From the NCBI GenBank assembly GCA_964555245.1, contig CAZKRI010000051.1, forward strand, positions 57,755-121,754: 64,000 nt of DNA. The letters are read 5' to 3'. The stretch's first letter is position 1. Each line of letters starts with the position of its first letter. The notes beneath the pieces were generated by a model, which ran no database searches, was not told the origin of the DNA, and saw only the letters and a program-made list of their open reading frames with translations. Below, piece by piece: positions 19,687 through 29,246 of this stretch. The stretch comes from an uncultured Myxococcales bacterium (GTDB lineage: Bacteria; Desulfobacterota; Binatia; UBA1149; SPBQ01). The translations under genes and the position numbers were made by a program.

Positions 19687-20454
19687 TCAGTCGTTCGTGC
19701 AAACCCCCCAGCTCGCGCCCAACGAGGCGTCGGCCAGGAGCTGCACGCTGAGTTCGCAGGTGCTGTTTTTCAGTCGAGGGCGCTTGTAGGTTTTTAGATC
19801 GTAGCTCGGATCGAAATCCGTCCCGTTGCCCGTCACGGTCGAATCAATCAACAGGCCGCCGCCGTTGCCGCTCAGAATCCCGCTCCCGTCGTTGCCCTGG
19901 ATCGTCGCGGCAACGAAGCGAAACTTCTTGCTCTTCACTCCCGGCCCGTCGTTGCCGGTGATCACGACGTTGGTGCCTTTGACCTTTCCTTCGCCGGCGC
20001 TGGTGGTGGGGCCCAGGGTGATGCCACCGAAGTTGTTGTCGCTGACGGTCACGTCGGTCAGCCAGAGTCGCCCGTCGTACGTGGTCACGATGCCGTAGTG
20101 GAGGTTGTCGTGCACGACCACGTCGCGGACGTCGATCTTGGGATGCGGATTGGTCGAGGAGGCGATGCCGGCGTCGGCGAAGCCCATCACCTCTCCCGGG
20201 CCCTCGATCGTGCACTGGCGCGAGCAGACCAGGCCGATGTTGCCTCCCGATATGCTGTGACCGTTCAGGCGCAGGACGCCGCCGTCTCCGATCACGACGC
20301 CGTTCTGCGTCACTGCTTGGCAGACGATGTCCGCCTCCAGCACACCGACTTGACCGGACTCCAGGGACAGGCCGCAGCTCGTGATGGATACGTCGGCCCG
20401 TGCGAGGCCGGCCGCAGCTAGAACCATGACCGGCACACACGTAAATCGCAGCAC
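19687..20454 (-). CDS. Secreted right-handed beta-helix repeat protein
   Basis: AAGGAGG RBS + GTG; signal peptide; repeated V/I-x-x-N-x-x-x-G-I units. Confidence 0.7.
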   Translation of the reverse strand: MLRFTCVPVMVLAAAGLARADVSITSCGLSLESGQVGVLEADIVCQAVTQNGVVIGDGGVLRLNGHSISGGNIGLVCSRQCTIEGPGEVMGFADAGIASSTNPHPKIDVRDVVVHDNLHYGIVTTYDGRLWLTDVTVSDNNFGGITLGPTTSAGEGKVKGTNVVITGNDGPGVKSKKFRFVAATIQGNDGSGILSGNGGGLLIDSTVTGNGTDFDPSYDLKTYKRPRLKNSTCELSVQLLADASLGASWGVCTND

Positions 20455-20471
20455 GCGAGTCCTCCTTGTCT

Positions 20472-21308
20472 TCAGTCGCCCTTGAAATCGGCCGGTCGCT
20501 TCTCGGTAAACGCGTTCAGAGCCTCGACGATATCGTTGCTCTGGAAGAACGACGAGTTCCACTGGGCCACGTACTCGAGCCCCTCATCCGTGGAGTGTTC
20601 GTCCGAATAGTTCAGCACGCTCTTGGTGCCCTGCACCGCCAGCGGAGAGTTCGCGGCAATGTTCTTGGCCAGAGCGCGCGCGCCCGAAAGCAGAGCGTCT
20701 TTGTCCGCGTACACCTCGTTGACCAGACCGCAGCGCAGCGCGCGGTCGGCACCGATGAACCCTCCGGTGAACGCCATCTCTCGCGCCATGCCCTTGCCCA
20801 CGATCGGCGTGATGCGCTGCAGGGTGCCCACGTCGGCGACGATCGCGATCTTGGTTTCGTAGATCGAGAACGAGGCATCCGCCGAGCACAGCCGGATGTC
20901 GCAAGCGGTGACCAGATCGACGCCACCACCGATGCACTTGCCGTGCACGGCGGCGATCGACGGCTTGCGGCAGCGCTCGATGGCGGTGAAGCAGTCTTGC
21001 AGCTCTTTGATCGTCCGGTAGAGACGCAGATTCTTCGCAGCGAGACTGGCCTTGGCCCCGTTGCCGCCGGCGGTCCCGAGGAACGGTCCCATCGCTGCGG
21101 CCAGGTCCAGACCAGCGGTGAATATCCGTCCTTCCGCCCACACCACCACCGATCGTATGGAGTCGTCGGCTTCGATCCCCTCGAACGCGGTCCGGATCTC
21201 ATAGAACAGCTCGAACGGCATCGCGTTGAGCTTGTCAGGCCGGTTGAGCACGACCTCCGCAATCGGTCCACGTCGCTCGACCCGGATGTACTGATGGTTC
21301 TCGCTCAT
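20472..21308 (-). CDS. Crotonase/enoyl-CoA hydratase (ECH1-like)
   Basis: LNRPDKLNAM, FTAGLDL, GGGVDL and DVGTLQR motifs. Confidence 0.92.
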   Translation of the reverse strand: MSENHQYIRVERRGPIAEVVLNRPDKLNAMPFELFYEIRTAFEGIEADDSIRSVVVWAEGRIFTAGLDLAAAMGPFLGTAGGNGAKASLAAKNLRLYRTIKELQDCFTAIERCRKPSIAAVHGKCIGGGVDLVTACDIRLCSADASFSIYETKIAIVADVGTLQRITPIVGKGMAREMAFTGGFIGADRALRCGLVNEVYADKDALLSGARALAKNIAANSPLAVQGTKSVLNYSDEHSTDEGLEYVAQWNSSFFQSNDIVEALNAFTEKRPADFKGD

Positions 21309-21382
21309 GGCACAGGTTCCTCGTTCTGCAATCTCGGCAGGGCGATTGTCGAGCGGCAGGGAGACTCAGTCAAATCTGGCGC

Positions 21383-22186
21383 CTACTTCTTGCGCGTGAA
21401 GTCGGCGGGCCGCCGCTCGAGGAATGCCGCGATGGCCTCGGCCATGTCGCCGCTGTGCTGGGCAAGAATCTGCGTTCGATTCTCGCGGTCGATGGCGGCG
21501 GCCAGGCTCGGCGTCTCGAGATTGGCCCACATTACCTCTTTGGTCATCCAGACGCCGAACGGTGAGTTCGCGCGGATGATCCGGGCGGTTTCGAGGGCGG
21601 TCTCCATGAGCTCTCCGTCCGGAACGACCCTGAGGACAAGGCCGATGCGTTCGGCTTCGGCGGCGTCGAAGGTCCGGCCGGTCAGCATCAGCTCGAACGC
21701 GCGGGAGGCGCCGACCAATCGCGGCAGCAAGTAGCTCGTACCGACGTCGCAACCGGACAGACCGATCTTGATGAACGAGACCGCAAAGGTTGCCGACTGC
21801 GCCGCGATGCGGACGTCGCAACCGAGGGCGAAGGCGAGTCCTCCGCCAGCGGCCGGACCGTTAACTGCCGCGATGATCGGCTGCGGCAACGCTCGCATTC
21901 GTGGAACCAGATCGGCGATCAGCTGCTGAGCCCGCAGGGCGGAGCCGACCCGCTCGGCAGGATCGGTCCCGAAGCCGGCGAACGCCTTCAGGTCGAGGCC
22001 GGCGCAGAAGCCACGGCCGGAGCCATTGAGAATCACGACCCTGCAATCCCTGTCGGCCGCGATCTCGGCCAGGGCGGCGTGCAGCTCGCGCACGCCGTCG
22101 AAGTCGATGGCGTTCAGCCGCTCGGGCTTGCTCAGCGTGACCAGCCGGATGCCGGTTTCGATCTCTTCGACCAAGACATAGGCCAT
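21383..22186 (-). CDS. Enoyl-CoA hydratase/isomerase family protein
   Basis: KPERLNAI, FCAGLDL and GPAAGGG motifs. Confidence 0.92.
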   Translation of the reverse strand: MAYVLVEEIETGIRLVTLSKPERLNAIDFDGVRELHAALAEIAADRDCRVVILNGSGRGFCAGLDLKAFAGFGTDPAERVGSALRAQQLIADLVPRMRALPQPIIAAVNGPAAGGGLAFALGCDVRIAAQSATFAVSFIKIGLSGCDVGTSYLLPRLVGASRAFELMLTGRTFDAAEAERIGLVLRVVPDGELMETALETARIIRANSPFGVWMTKEVMWANLETPSLAAAIDRENRTQILAQHSGDMAEAIAAFLERRPADFTRKK

Positions 22187-22364
22187 GTATCGCCACCTCC
22201 GCTCGAGCGCGCTGGGATGGACGTTATGTTAGGAGCGAGACTCCAACCAACCGGATCGCGCCCGCCCGGGTGGGCGGCGCGCTGCGGCTTGCGATGCTTC
22301 CCTGGCTTCGTCCCTCCGGTTAGAGAAGACGCGTAGCCGGCTCTGCCGGCCACGGGAGGTCGCT

Positions 22365-23090
22365 ATGGGAACAGCCGTCGTCGTCGGCGTCGGACCCCTG
22401 GAGGGTCTCGGCGCGCAGCTCTGTGTTCGGTTCGCGCGCGAAGGATTGCAGGTCTTCGCGATCGGGCGCACCAAGGAGAAGATCGAACAGGTTACCGTCG
22501 CGATCCGCGGGCAGGGCGGTCGAGCGACCGCCCTCGTTTGCGATGCGACCCAGCCGTCGGAGGTCGCGCGAGTTTTCGCATCCGTGGATCGCGACGGCGG
22601 CGAGCTCAACCTCGTCGTCTACAACGCCGGCAACGCCGCGCTCGGCGACCTACTGGAGATGGAGCCAGCTCAATTCGAGGCGGTCTGGCGCCTGACCTGC
22701 TACGGCGGCTTTCTGGTGGGCCAGCAGGCCGGCCGCCGGATGGTCGCGCAGGGGCGTGGCTCGCTCCTGTTCACCGGGGCGAGCGCGTCGGTACGCGGGC
22801 GGCCGCCGTTCGGAGCGTTCGCCTCAGCCAAGGCCGGGCTGCGCTCGCTCGCTCAGACGATGGCGCGGGCCTGGGGACCGCGCGGTGTGCACGTGGCCCA
22901 CGTCGTCATCGACGGCGCGATCGGTGGCGAGAAGATCAAGAAGAACCTCCCTCAGGTGGCCGAACGCCTGGGCGAGGACGGAATGGTAGGCCTCGACGGG
23001 CTCGCGCACGCGTACTGGAGTCTGCACACCCAGCCCAAGAACGCTTGGACCTTCGAGATCGACGTCAGGCCTTACAAAGAAACCTGGTAA
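22365..23090 (+). CDS. SDR family oxidoreductase
   Basis: VVVGVGPLEGLG, YNAG, FTGASAS and AKAGLR motifs. Confidence 0.9.
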   Translation: MGTAVVVGVGPLEGLGAQLCVRFAREGLQVFAIGRTKEKIEQVTVAIRGQGGRATALVCDATQPSEVARVFASVDRDGGELNLVVYNAGNAALGDLLEMEPAQFEAVWRLTCYGGFLVGQQAGRRMVAQGRGSLLFTGASASVRGRPPFGAFASAKAGLRSLAQTMARAWGPRGVHVAHVVIDGAIGGEKIKKNLPQVAERLGEDGMVGLDGLAHAYWSLHTQPKNAWTFEIDVRPYKETW

Positions 23091-23105
23091 GCGGGGCCGG
23101 TCGGG

Positions 23106-24008
23106 TCAGGCTCTGGCCTGGGACCTGGCATCGACGGCGAGCACGATGGGCGCGACGATGAACACCGTCGAATAGGTCCCGGCGACGAAACCCACGAGCA
23201 AGGCGAACGCGAAACCCTTGAGCGTTTCGCCACCGAAGAGGTAGAGCGAGAGGACCGAAAGTAGCGCTGTGCCGGTGGTGAGAATGGTTCGGCTGAGGGT
23301 CTCGTTGATGCTGGCGTTGAGGATCGTCTGCAACGACTCACGGCCGTGACCGTGCATCTTCTCGCGAACGCGATCTGAAATGACTACCGTATCGTTGACC
23401 GAGAAGCCGATGATGGTGAGTAGAGCGGCGACGATGTTCAGGTCGAACTCGTAGCCCACCAGTGAGAGCGCGCCGACGGTGACCAGCACGTCGTGGAAAA
23501 GCGCGACCCCGGCGCCCAGACCGAAGCGCGGCTCGAACCGAATCGCCACGTAGACGCCCATCAGCACTGTCGCGGCGAGCACCGAGAGGATTGCCCGCCT
23601 CGACAGCTCGCGACCCACCCGGGGGCCGACGCTCTCGACCCGCCTCACTTCGATCGATCCCTCTCCGAACCGCTGGGTGAACGCTTCGAGGACCTTGCTC
23701 GGCAGCTCCTTTGAAGCTTCTGGCTCGGACTGGGAGACACGAACGATGTACTCGCCGGTGCCGGATTCCTGCACGCTGGCGTCACCCGTCGAGATTGAGT
23801 CGATCACAGCGCGCACTTCCTCGATCGTCAGCTTTGCGCTGGGACGGATCTCGACGAGCATGCCGCCGGCAAAATCGATCCCGTAGTTCATGCCGCGCGA
23901 GGAGATGGAGAAAAGCCCGACCAGAATCACTGCTATGGAGATCCCGATCGCCACCGTACGATAGCGCAAGAAATCGATCTTGGTCCCCGGCTTTACCAGC
24001 TCGAACAT
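23106..24008 (-). CDS. secF: Protein translocase subunit SecF
   Basis: NYGIDFAGG, VGPRVGREL, FHDVL, GFSVNDTVVISDRVRE and SRTILT motifs. Confidence 0.92.
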   Translation of the reverse strand: MFELVKPGTKIDFLRYRTVAIGISIAVILVGLFSISSRGMNYGIDFAGGMLVEIRPSAKLTIEEVRAVIDSISTGDASVQESGTGEYIVRVSQSEPEASKELPSKVLEAFTQRFGEGSIEVRRVESVGPRVGRELSRRAILSVLAATVLMGVYVAIRFEPRFGLGAGVALFHDVLVTVGALSLVGYEFDLNIVAALLTIIGFSVNDTVVISDRVREKMHGHGRESLQTILNASINETLSRTILTTGTALLSVLSLYLFGGETLKGFAFALLVGFVAGTYSTVFIVAPIVLAVDARSQARA

Positions 24009-24105
24009 CAGCAGCTCATCCTCCGCGACAGTGTGCGGGCCGGGAAGCTACCACGGAAAACGATCGCCACCAACAGCGCCACACGGTGTCTCGAGGGGCC
24101 CGAGC

Positions 24106-25239
24106 TCAGCCCAGCCGCGGCTTCATCCGTACCCGGACCGTGATCAGGAGCAGGGCGAACAGCAGCAGCAGGGCGAACCCCGGGACCGCGACCTCACTCA
24201 GCCCGCCGCCGCGCTCGACGATCCGCCGCAGCGAGATCTGGTACCAGCGAAGCGGAAAGAGCGCCCCGAACTCGCGCACGCCGTGCGGCATGAGCTGGTA
24301 GGGGAGCATGGATCCCGAGAGCACGAACGACGGCATGATGAAGAACATCGTAAGAAAGATCGCCTGGGCCATGGTGTGGGCGAGGACCGACACCAGCACG
24401 CCGATGGTGAGGGAGGTGAGTACGAAGGGCAGCGTGACGACCAGCAGGGCGATGATGCTGCCCTGCGGCCATACGCCGAAGAGGAATCCCGCGGCCAGGA
24501 CCACCCCGATCAGCAGGGCGTAGGCCATGGCGATGTACGGAATGAGCTTGCCGAGCACGATTTCGAGCGCGCTGATTGGCAGCGCCAGCATCTGCTCGTA
24601 GGTCCCGTTCTCTTTCTCACCAACCAGGCCCATGGCGGTTGCCGCGAAGCATACGTTGGTGAGAAGCATTCCAGCGATCGAAGCGAGGAAGAAGTTCCGG
24701 TCGCGTAGCGTCGGGTTGAACCGAAACCGTTGCCGGATATCGACAGCAGCGGGGCGCCGGGAGAGACCGAGCGTGCGATCGGGGACCGGGCGTGGTTGGA
24801 AAGCCGCTGCTGTGGTGGCGATGTAACCCGCCACCCGCGCGCTCGACAACGGGTCGCTGCCGTCCAGAAGCAACTGGACTTGCGCGCTGCCTTCAGCGAG
24901 GTCGGCGGCAAAGGTTTGAGGCATGACCAGCAAGACCAGCGAGACGCCGTCGTGTAGCCGGTCGCGGGCTTCGGGGTAGTTGGTGACGGCGACCGGCCGC
25001 AGGAAAAATCCGGTTGCCTCGATGTCGGCCACCAGCCGGCGGGATGCAGCCGTGTCGCTGCGGTCGAGCACGGCCCACGGTACGTTGCGCGGCTTGTTGG
25101 ACAGCACCAGTCCGAAAAGCACGAGCATGACCACCGGTTGCAGGACGAGCACCCCCACAATGGTAGGGTCGTGCCGCACGATGCGCGCCTCGCGGTACGC
25201 GATGGCCCAGATGTTCGACCAGAAGTGGCGCGCCTTCAT
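24106..25239 (-). CDS. ABC-2 type transporter permease (YbhR/YbhS-like)
   Basis: GEKENGTYEQML; six-TM layout; SGSMLP. Confidence 0.9.
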   Translation of the reverse strand: MKARHFWSNIWAIAYREARIVRHDPTIVGVLVLQPVVMLVLFGLVLSNKPRNVPWAVLDRSDTAASRRLVADIEATGFFLRPVAVTNYPEARDRLHDGVSLVLLVMPQTFAADLAEGSAQVQLLLDGSDPLSSARVAGYIATTAAAFQPRPVPDRTLGLSRRPAAVDIRQRFRFNPTLRDRNFFLASIAGMLLTNVCFAATAMGLVGEKENGTYEQMLALPISALEIVLGKLIPYIAMAYALLIGVVLAAGFLFGVWPQGSIIALLVVTLPFVLTSLTIGVLVSVLAHTMAQAIFLTMFFIMPSFVLSGSMLPYQLMPHGVREFGALFPLRWYQISLRRIVERGGGLSEVAVPGFALLLLFALLLITVRVRMKPRLG

Positions 25240-26351
25240 GAGCGAGCCTCGATGGTCCGCAGGGCGATCACGGTCAGCACCGTCGCGAAAAAGACTAGCG
25301 GAATCAGATCCGGAAGCAGCTCGATCAAGCCCTCGGCCCGGATGTAGATCGCGCGGCTGATTCGGATGTAGTGTGTTGCCGGAAACAGCTCCGTGAGCCA
25401 GCGCGCCGGCGCCGGCATGTTGCGGATGGGAAAAGCGAAGCCGCTCAGTTGCACCAGTGGGACGCTGAACAGAACGGTCTTTTGCACGGCTGCCGCCGCG
25501 GTGGCCGAGGTCGCCGAAAAGATCAGGCCGAGCGCGAGCGATACCTGCACGTAGAACGCCGAGATCAAGATGAAGAGCACGACGTCGCCCCGCGGCCAGA
25601 CGCCCAGGACCACGCCGGCCACGACGACCATCAAGATCACGTCGACCGTGAACATCCCGCCCAATGGCAGGAGCTTGCCCAGAAAGATCTCGAGCGACGT
25701 CGCCGGCGTCACCTGTAGCTGCTCGAAGGTCCCGTTGACGCGCTCGTTGACGATCGAGACCGCCGTGATGAGCGTGGTCAGAAAGGACAAGACGAAACCG
25801 AACGTGCCGGCGACCATGAAGGGCTCTCCGGCCAAGGTCGGATTGTAGAGGGCGCGCGTCACGACGCTCACCGGTGAGCCGATGCTACCTCTCTCGACGA
25901 GGGCCGCGCCGCTGGCCGCGACCATGCTGCGGAGGAATCCCTCGGCATTGCCCGCCAGCACCGCCTCGGCTCCGTCGTAGATCAGCTCGACCTGCGGGGG
26001 CGCGCCGCCCGAAGGGATTTCCGCCAGACCGCGCGCGAAGCCGGGAGGGATGACCAGGGCGGCGCTGACCTCGCCTCCGACCAGCGCTTGCTCGACTTCT
26101 TGACGGGTGTCGGCACGGTCGGCCAGGAAGGTCTCCGTCGCCACCAGATCGGCCACCAGCCGTCGGCTGGCCGCGCTGTCGTCGGCGTCCAAGACGGCCA
26201 GCGGCAGATTCTTGACTTCAGTCGACAGTACGAAGCCGAACAGGAGCAAGGCGACCAGGGGTACCGCGATCAGCACGACGATCGTGAAAGGATCGCGAAA
26301 CGATGCGCGGATCTCCCGCACCAGCAACGTACGCAGCCGGCGCCAGTTCAC
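25236..26351 (-). CDS. ABC-2 type transporter permease (YbhS-like)
   Basis: ERVNGTFEQLQVTP, LSGFAFPI; GTG overlapping the upstream stop. Confidence 0.9.
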   Translation of the reverse strand: MNWRRLRTLLVREIRASFRDPFTIVVLIAVPLVALLLFGFVLSTEVKNLPLAVLDADDSAASRRLVADLVATETFLADRADTRQEVEQALVGGEVSAALVIPPGFARGLAEIPSGGAPPQVELIYDGAEAVLAGNAEGFLRSMVAASGAALVERGSIGSPVSVVTRALYNPTLAGEPFMVAGTFGFVLSFLTTLITAVSIVNERVNGTFEQLQVTPATSLEIFLGKLLPLGGMFTVDVILMVVVAGVVLGVWPRGDVVLFILISAFYVQVSLALGLIFSATSATAAAAVQKTVLFSVPLVQLSGFAFPIRNMPAPARWLTELFPATHYIRISRAIYIRAEGLIELLPDLIPLVFFATVLTVIALRTIEARS

Positions 26352-27280
26352 GGGACAGCTCCGTCGCGGCCGAGCACGCGCCGGAAGACGGCGGTCATCG
26401 GTAGCTGATCGACCCGGACCACCGCACTCGGAAGCCGGGAGACGGCTTCGAGTGCGTCCAGAGCCGCTGCGTCGAGGCTCGGGGCGGTAAACGTCCAACC
26501 GGTCTGACTTGCGACGGCTGCGATCCCCGCCGCAGCGAGCCGCGCGGCCGCGAAGGTCTGTTGCTCGCTGGCGACGTCGAGGTGGACCCGGTAGGCATCG
26601 GCGTAACGCGCGCGCAGATTTTCCGGCGCATCATCGGCGACGAGGCGCCCCTGGTCGATGAAAGAGACACAATCGCAGAACTCCGCTTCCTCGAGGAAGT
26701 GCGTGGTGACGAACACCGTCACACCGGTTTCCGCTTCCTCCTGTATGACCTCCCAGAACAGGCTCCGGTTGCGGACGTCGACGCCGGCAGTAGGCTCGTC
26801 CAAGAACAAGACGCGGGGCCGGTGCAGGGTGGCCAGCGCCAGCCCTGCACGCTGGCGAAGCCCAGCGGGTAACTCCTCGACCCTATCGTTCTCGAAGCGC
26901 CGCAGCTCGAAACGCGCGCCGACCTCGTTCCAACGTTGCGCCAGTCGAACGCCCTCCAGATCGTAGAGCCCACCGTAGAACTCCACGTTCTCGCGCAGCG
27001 TGAGCCCTTGGTAGAGGCTCACCCGCTGGCCCATGTAACCGATGCGGTCGCGCACGCGGCGGGGATGGCGAATCACATCGACGCCGTCGATCTCAATCTG
27101 GCCGGCGGTCGGCCGTAGCAGCCCGATGAGCATGCGAATGGTCGTACTCTTTCCCGACCCATTCGCACCCAGGAATGCGTAGATCGAACCCGGCACGACC
27201 GAGAGCGATACGTTGTCGACCGCGGTGAAGTCCCCAAAGCGCCGGGTCAGCCCGGCGACCTTGATGATGGGCTCCTTCAT
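26348..27280 (-). CDS. ABC transporter ATP-binding protein
   Basis: GANGSGKST, LDEPT and TTH motifs. Confidence 0.92.
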   Translation of the reverse strand: MKEPIIKVAGLTRRFGDFTAVDNVSLSVVPGSIYAFLGANGSGKSTTIRMLIGLLRPTAGQIEIDGVDVIRHPRRVRDRIGYMGQRVSLYQGLTLRENVEFYGGLYDLEGVRLAQRWNEVGARFELRRFENDRVEELPAGLRQRAGLALATLHRPRVLFLDEPTAGVDVRNRSLFWEVIQEEAETGVTVFVTTHFLEEAEFCDCVSFIDQGRLVADDAPENLRARYADAYRVHLDVASEQQTFAAARLAAAGIAAVASQTGWTFTAPSLDAAALDALEAVSRLPSAVVRVDQLPMTAVFRRVLGRDGAVP

Positions 27281-28206
27281 GAGGCTGCAGCCAGGGCCAG
27301 AAGCGTGGATTCCATGTCGGCCTCCAGCCGCTCGGCGAACCGGACCGGCGCTCCGGGGAGGCTCGACAGCTCGCGCAGCACGGTGGCAGGGTCGGGTGAG
27401 CGGTCGCGGTGCACCTCGACGCGCGCGTGGCGGCCTACCGGACGGGCCCCGTGCACGTAAGCCAGTGCACGCGCGGCGCGCGCGATCGCGCCCGGGGACT
27501 CACCCCATGCCCGGTAAAGCTCCAGAGGGGTGCTCGTGCGCAGGTCCGCCGGCGTTCCGACGGCGGCGATACGTCCCTGGCTGAGGTAGACGAGCGTGTC
27601 GCAGGCCGCGGCCTCCTCGACGTAGCTCGTGCTGATGACGACCAGGGCGCCGGTGCGCGCACTCTGCAGCATGGACCACAGCTCGGCGCGCGCCATCACG
27701 TCCACGCCCGCCGTCGGTTCATCGAGCAGCAGAAGCCGCGGCTCGGGCAGCAGGGCATTGGCGATCCCGAGCTTCTGACGCATGCCCCCCGAGAGCGCTC
27801 CAGCCGGCCGGTCGGCGAACGGCGTCAGGCCGGTCTGCGCCATCAGCTGGGCCGCGCGAGTCTCGAACGCCGCTCTCGGCAACCGATGGATTCGCGCGGT
27901 GAAGCGTAGGTTCTCGATGATCGAAAGGTCGCGGTGCAGGCCGAACGACTGCGGCATGTAACCGACCTGCGATTTGAGCGCGTTCACATCGCCCGTCAGA
28001 TCCGTACCGAGCACCCGCGCCCGCTCGGCGCGCACCTCGAGCAGCCCCGCCAGCGCTCGCAGCAAGGTGGTCTTGCCGGCACCGTCGGCGCCGACCACAC
28101 CGAAGATCTGGCGATCGGTCACGGTCAGGTCGATGCCCGCCAGCGCGCGGCGCGGTCCGAAGCGTTTTTCCAGCCGGCGTAGCTCGATGATCGGTCCGCC
28201 GCTCAC
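27277..28206 (-). CDS. ABC transporter ATP-binding protein
   Basis: GADGAGKTT, LSGGMRQK and LDEPT motifs. Confidence 0.92.
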   Translation of the reverse strand: MSGGPIIELRRLEKRFGPRRALAGIDLTVTDRQIFGVVGADGAGKTTLLRALAGLLEVRAERARVLGTDLTGDVNALKSQVGYMPQSFGLHRDLSIIENLRFTARIHRLPRAAFETRAAQLMAQTGLTPFADRPAGALSGGMRQKLGIANALLPEPRLLLLDEPTAGVDVMARAELWSMLQSARTGALVVISTSYVEEAAACDTLVYLSQGRIAAVGTPADLRTSTPLELYRAWGESPGAIARAARALAYVHGARPVGRHARVEVHRDRSPDPATVLRELSSLPGAPVRFAERLEADMESTLLALAAAS

Positions 28207-29242
28207 CGACTCGACCCTGCCTCGGCGCCCTCGTCCAGTGACTCGGCGAGAAAGACGTCACACTCGGCGCCAGGTTGCAGCCGCTCGGGGTTCTCCAGGA
28301 TCCGGACTTTTGCCCGGTAGACTTGCCCGACGCGGTCGTCGCGGGTTTCGATCTTCTCGGGCGTGAAGCTCGCCCGGTCGGCGACGAAACTGACCTCGCC
28401 GGGGACGCGCTTTCCTGGTGCGCTGTCCATCTCGATCTCGACCTTACGGCCGATGCGGAACCGGCCAGCTCGTGGACCGGCACGTAGACCTGAACGTACT
28501 TGTCCTTGGGGTCGAGAACCGAAACGACCGGTGCGCCTGACTGGGCCAGCTCGCCCGGCCAGATGAACTGGGTTTGCAGCTCGGTCGGGATCGCGGGCGC
28601 GCGCACTTCGTACTTGGAGCGGGTCACGTCGAGCTCGGCGATCTGCGCCAGAATGAGGCCGCGCCTTTCACCGAGACCTTCCAGCGTATGGCGCGCGACC
28701 GCGATGTTGGCCTCCTCGGCCGCTGTTCGCGCGGCCAGTTCTCGCGCACGCTCCAGAGCGCTTCGCGCCTGGTCACGGCGCGCTTGTGCGTCGTCGAGAA
28801 ACTGCTCGGTGCTGGCGCCGCTCTTGGTCAGGTCGCGCTCGCGGACGAAGCTACGCTCGGCGTTCTCGGCAGCCGAGATCGCCTGATCGACCTCAGCGCG
28901 GCGTGCGGCGACGTCGCGCTGCCAGGTGGTCTCGGTCAAGCGCACCCGCTCCTGCTGGGTGCGCACCTCGGCGTCGAGGACGTCCAGCTCCCGCCGCTTC
29001 GATTCCAGGCGGCTGTCGATGTCGCGCGCATCCAGCCGTGCCACGATCGCGTCGGCGGCTACGGCATCGCCTTCTCGAAACGGGACCTCCAGCACGCGGC
29101 CGCTGACCTCGCTACGGATGATCCGCTCCTCGCCCTCGACGAATCCGGTGAAGCGATCGGGGGTCTCATCGCCCGTAGACCACCACAGCGCGAGCGTGAG
29201 AAGGGGAGCCACGGTAATGATGGCGAGGATGCGCTTGTTCAT
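28203..29242 (-). pseudogene. HlyD family membrane-fusion protein, -1 frameshift at ~28463 (likely error)
   Basis: N-terminal anchor, SEVSGRV lipoyl-like segment, coiled coil; FTPEKIETRDDRVGQVYRAKV continues in the shifted frame. Confidence 0.85.
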
Positions 29243-29246
29243 GCGC

